A stretch of 14,908 nt of DNA from Oligoflexales bacterium. GTDB lineage: Bacteria; Bdellovibrionota_B; Oligoflexia; Oligoflexales; Bog-1112. The DNA lies in NCBI GenBank assembly GCA_045105515.1, contig JBGCDR010000068.1, positions 1 to 14,908 on the forward strand, written 5' to 3'. The number at the start of each line of letters is the position of its first letter. Positions within the stretch are counted from its first letter, which is position 1. The position numbers were made by a program, and so were the translations under genes. Below, piece after piece: positions 14,798 to 14,908 of the stretch. Under the pieces are notes generated by a model. It was given only the letters and a program-made list of their open reading frames with translations, had not been told where the DNA came from and did not search any database.

Positions 14798-14908
14798 TTG
14801 GCGGGATTTATCGTTGTAATTTTAAGGGTTTTTAAATTAAGTATTGCCCGATTATTTTTAGGTTGTCATGAAACTTTTCCTCCGTTTTTGTGATTGCTCT
14901 TCCATAAT

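Noticed and set aside
14795..14893. TGA read-through (Trp recoding) extending the J-domain membrane protein with LAGFIVVILRVF...
   Set aside because: TGA serves as an ordinary stop elsewhere in the window (4716, 13055), and this stretch may be the antisense of a convergent gene end.
14830..14908. Second IS terminus (TAGGTTGTCATGAAAC, sharing GTTGTC with the left-edge IS end) or the 3' end of a minus-strand gene entering from the window edge
   Set aside because: Only a 6-nt match to the other IS end, and all three minus-strand frames are briefly open from the edge, so nothing can be assigned without flanking sequence.

Overview
Bacterial chromosomal window, AT-rich. Its gene content (class II HMG-CoA reductase plus mevalonate kinase, futalosine-pathway MqnE, lipid A-type acyltransferase, giant Cys-paired Ig-like/LVIVD surface protein) suggests a diderm of the Bdellovibrionota/Oligoflexia type; this is inference only. 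From left to right: (1) the last 30 codons and right end of a probable IS5-family (ISL2-group, DDE_Tnp_4-like) element, abutting a 1240-aa surface-protein ORF that it appears to have decapitated; (2) two small convergent ORFs, one missing from the ORF track because it lacks an ATG/GTG/TTG start, and a 3 x 26-bp palindromic tandem repeat; (3) a minus-strand operon hmgR-mvk-mqnE-membrane protein, in which MqnE is fused to a second, cluster-less copy of the same radical-SAM barrel and the HMG-CoA reductase lacks most of its C-terminal flap; (4) a divergent MlaF-like ABC ATPase without the H-loop histidine, followed by an LpxL/HtrB-like acyltransferase and a small basic protein; (5) a more AT-rich, translationally coupled cassette of two beta-barrel-like exported proteins and a metzincin with Leu at the Met-turn, preceded by a hairpin covering the RBS; (6) a frameshifted J-domain membrane protein. 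The best candidate for an undescribed system is the mevalonate operon with the MqnE/pseudo-MqnE fusion. No databases were searched; all family calls come from motif recognition.
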